Shown piece after piece: positions 62,206-64,000 of a stretch of 64,000 nt of DNA. The number at the start of each line of letters is the position of its first letter. Positions within the stretch are counted from its first letter, which is position 1. The notes beneath the pieces are model-generated. The model saw only the letters and a program-made list of their open reading frames with translations, searched no databases and had not been told where the DNA came from. The position numbers were made by a program, and so were the translations under genes. The DNA comes from the human T2T-CHM13v2.0 reference genome, Homo sapiens, in NCBI RefSeq assembly GCF_009914755.1, contig NC_060927.1; one strand, written 5' to 3'.

Positions 62206-64000
62206 ATGAGAGGAATAATACACATTGATGACAATTCTAGATATTTGAAAGCTATGCATACTTCAGAATCAGCTTGCTAACATCTTTATTCTCTGGGTTT
62301 TTAAGAGTTTTATCTACAGGTATTTGTATCACTTAGATCTCCCAGCCACTTCTTCTGTTTGCATAACTCATTATAGGGGATATATTGATCCTATTATACA
62401 GTCTGTTTCCCAGAGCTAACATACTGCCCTGTATATAGTGACAGCTGCATAAATGTATGTTGATAATGGCACTATTGCAACTCATATTCAATGCCTGCCT
62501 TTTTCTTATTCAAATAGTTGAGCATATTTTTAAATATATGTGTTCAAATACTATATAATCACAATGATTATATTGATTGTAATGCACCTAAACAGAACAT
62601 TATGCAAGAGGCATAAAATACTATCCATTCTTAATATTGAAATTAGCTTAGTTTCAGAATTTAGGGAGAATATAGCTAGCATGATCCTTCTCAGGGCTGT
62701 ATTTTGATTCTTTTTTAACAGAATGCCTCTGAGTAGCTATTAAAAAATTAGTCCAAAAGAACTGGAGATCATGTCCTCATACACAGAGTTGTACATCCTG
62801 AGGGTGTAACAGCCACAGTGAAGGGAGTTCGGATGAGTATCTGCTCTGGTAACTGGAAAACAACTAAAGCAACATATTTCTAGGATATATGGATCAGGTA
62901 GACCTAGCATTGAAGCATACTGACAAATAACTGATTGATGCTCCTTTCATTCATTCATTTTACCAAGATTTACTGAACATCTACTATGTGTCCCCTGAAA
63001 ATACAAAGGTATTTCCTACAAGGTGTATATGGTCCCAGGTTGAGCTAGAATGCTGTTCTTCCTTGGGAGCAAAGTTTTTTTGTTTTTTAATCTAGTTTTT
63101 ATAAAGGCAGAAGATAAGTTCTTGTTGATAGTTTCAATGATGTATCTTGGACCAAAAGTCAGAATCCATTTTAGGAAAATATAGGCAGATATTAGAAAAA
63201 TTATAGCATAAACTATGTCCTCTCCCTTCCTCAGTGGCAACCCAGGATTATTTTAGTGTTTTCTATCTCTTTTGATCTTACTGTCCCCTTCCTTTATTAT
63301 AAAGATAAGCCCTGCAAATCTTTACATCTGTCAATATCCATGTTCTTTTATCAAAAAGCATCTGAAACACATTCACACCCAATAATAAATGGCTTAAAGT
63401 CCCTTAAACCATTATTGTTTTCCCATAGGTACTTTCATTTTAACCAGAAAAAAAAAAAAAAGTAATGGCAGTAGGTTTGAGGACCATTAGGTAGTACGTT
63501 GCAGGCCAACCACACTTTAAAGATGGCTGCATATACTAATTACATCTAAGAATAGAAAGTCCTAACACAAGCAGAGAGTGATGAGATTGGATTGACAATC
63601 AGATTTAATGAAGAAGATAACCATTCACTGTTGTTAGCTCTCAAGAGGCAAAATTCCTTTCTATAGGAGTTTTCATAAAGTTGACAAATCATGGTATTGA
63701 ACCCCACCTGGCACAGTTCTGAATCCCAGGTGAGATGGGCAATATGAGTTAGTGCCTCCTTTGTCAAGTTCTGTTAAGGTCGTCCTTAGCACTCTGATTT
63801 CCATGTTGACAACATGGAATAAGTTTGTTTTCTCATCACTATCACTTTTGACTTTTGTACCAGTAATGGCAGCCAAAAGGCCCTTAGTCATTGCCGTTTT
63901 TCCTACATTTATTCAGAGACATTTCAGGACTTAAGATCAGGTCAGAATATTTTCTTTCTGCTCAGTAAGATAAAACCATATTAGAATTCAAGACGGAGTT

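Overview
AT-rich primate genomic DNA, very probably human or great ape (AluS, L1PA2/3, L1PA7, L1PB, LTR12, HERV-W LTR17, THE1). It looks like a gene desert or deep intron dominated by interspersed repeats. I recognise no host protein-coding exon, tRNA, rRNA or snRNA. The long ORFs in the track are decayed L1 ORF1/ORF2, MaLR-internal, LTR or Alu read-through. Main structures: (i) the 5' end of a young minus-strand L1 at 1-170, whose antisense promoter faces into the window; (ii) a solo LTR12D-type LTR (15351-16624, minus) facing it across about 15 kb of less repeat-dense DNA with candidate splice sites on both strands; (iii) a twin-primed, 5'-inverted L1PA3-like insertion (20758-22955); (iv) a complete THE1 element whose 5' LTR is split by a 5.7-kb L1PA7; (v) a nested stack at 41.2-54.4 kb (old L1 containing a full-length L1PB, which contains a HERV-W solo LTR and an Alu); (vi) several small duplications and fold-back scars. 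I cannot support a new biological system from sequence alone. The best leads are possible TE-promoter-driven spliced non-coding transcripts, an orphan 95-bp duplicated element and the repair scars. Subfamily names come from remembered consensus diagnostics, not from a RepeatMasker run, and the boundaries of old repeats are approximate.
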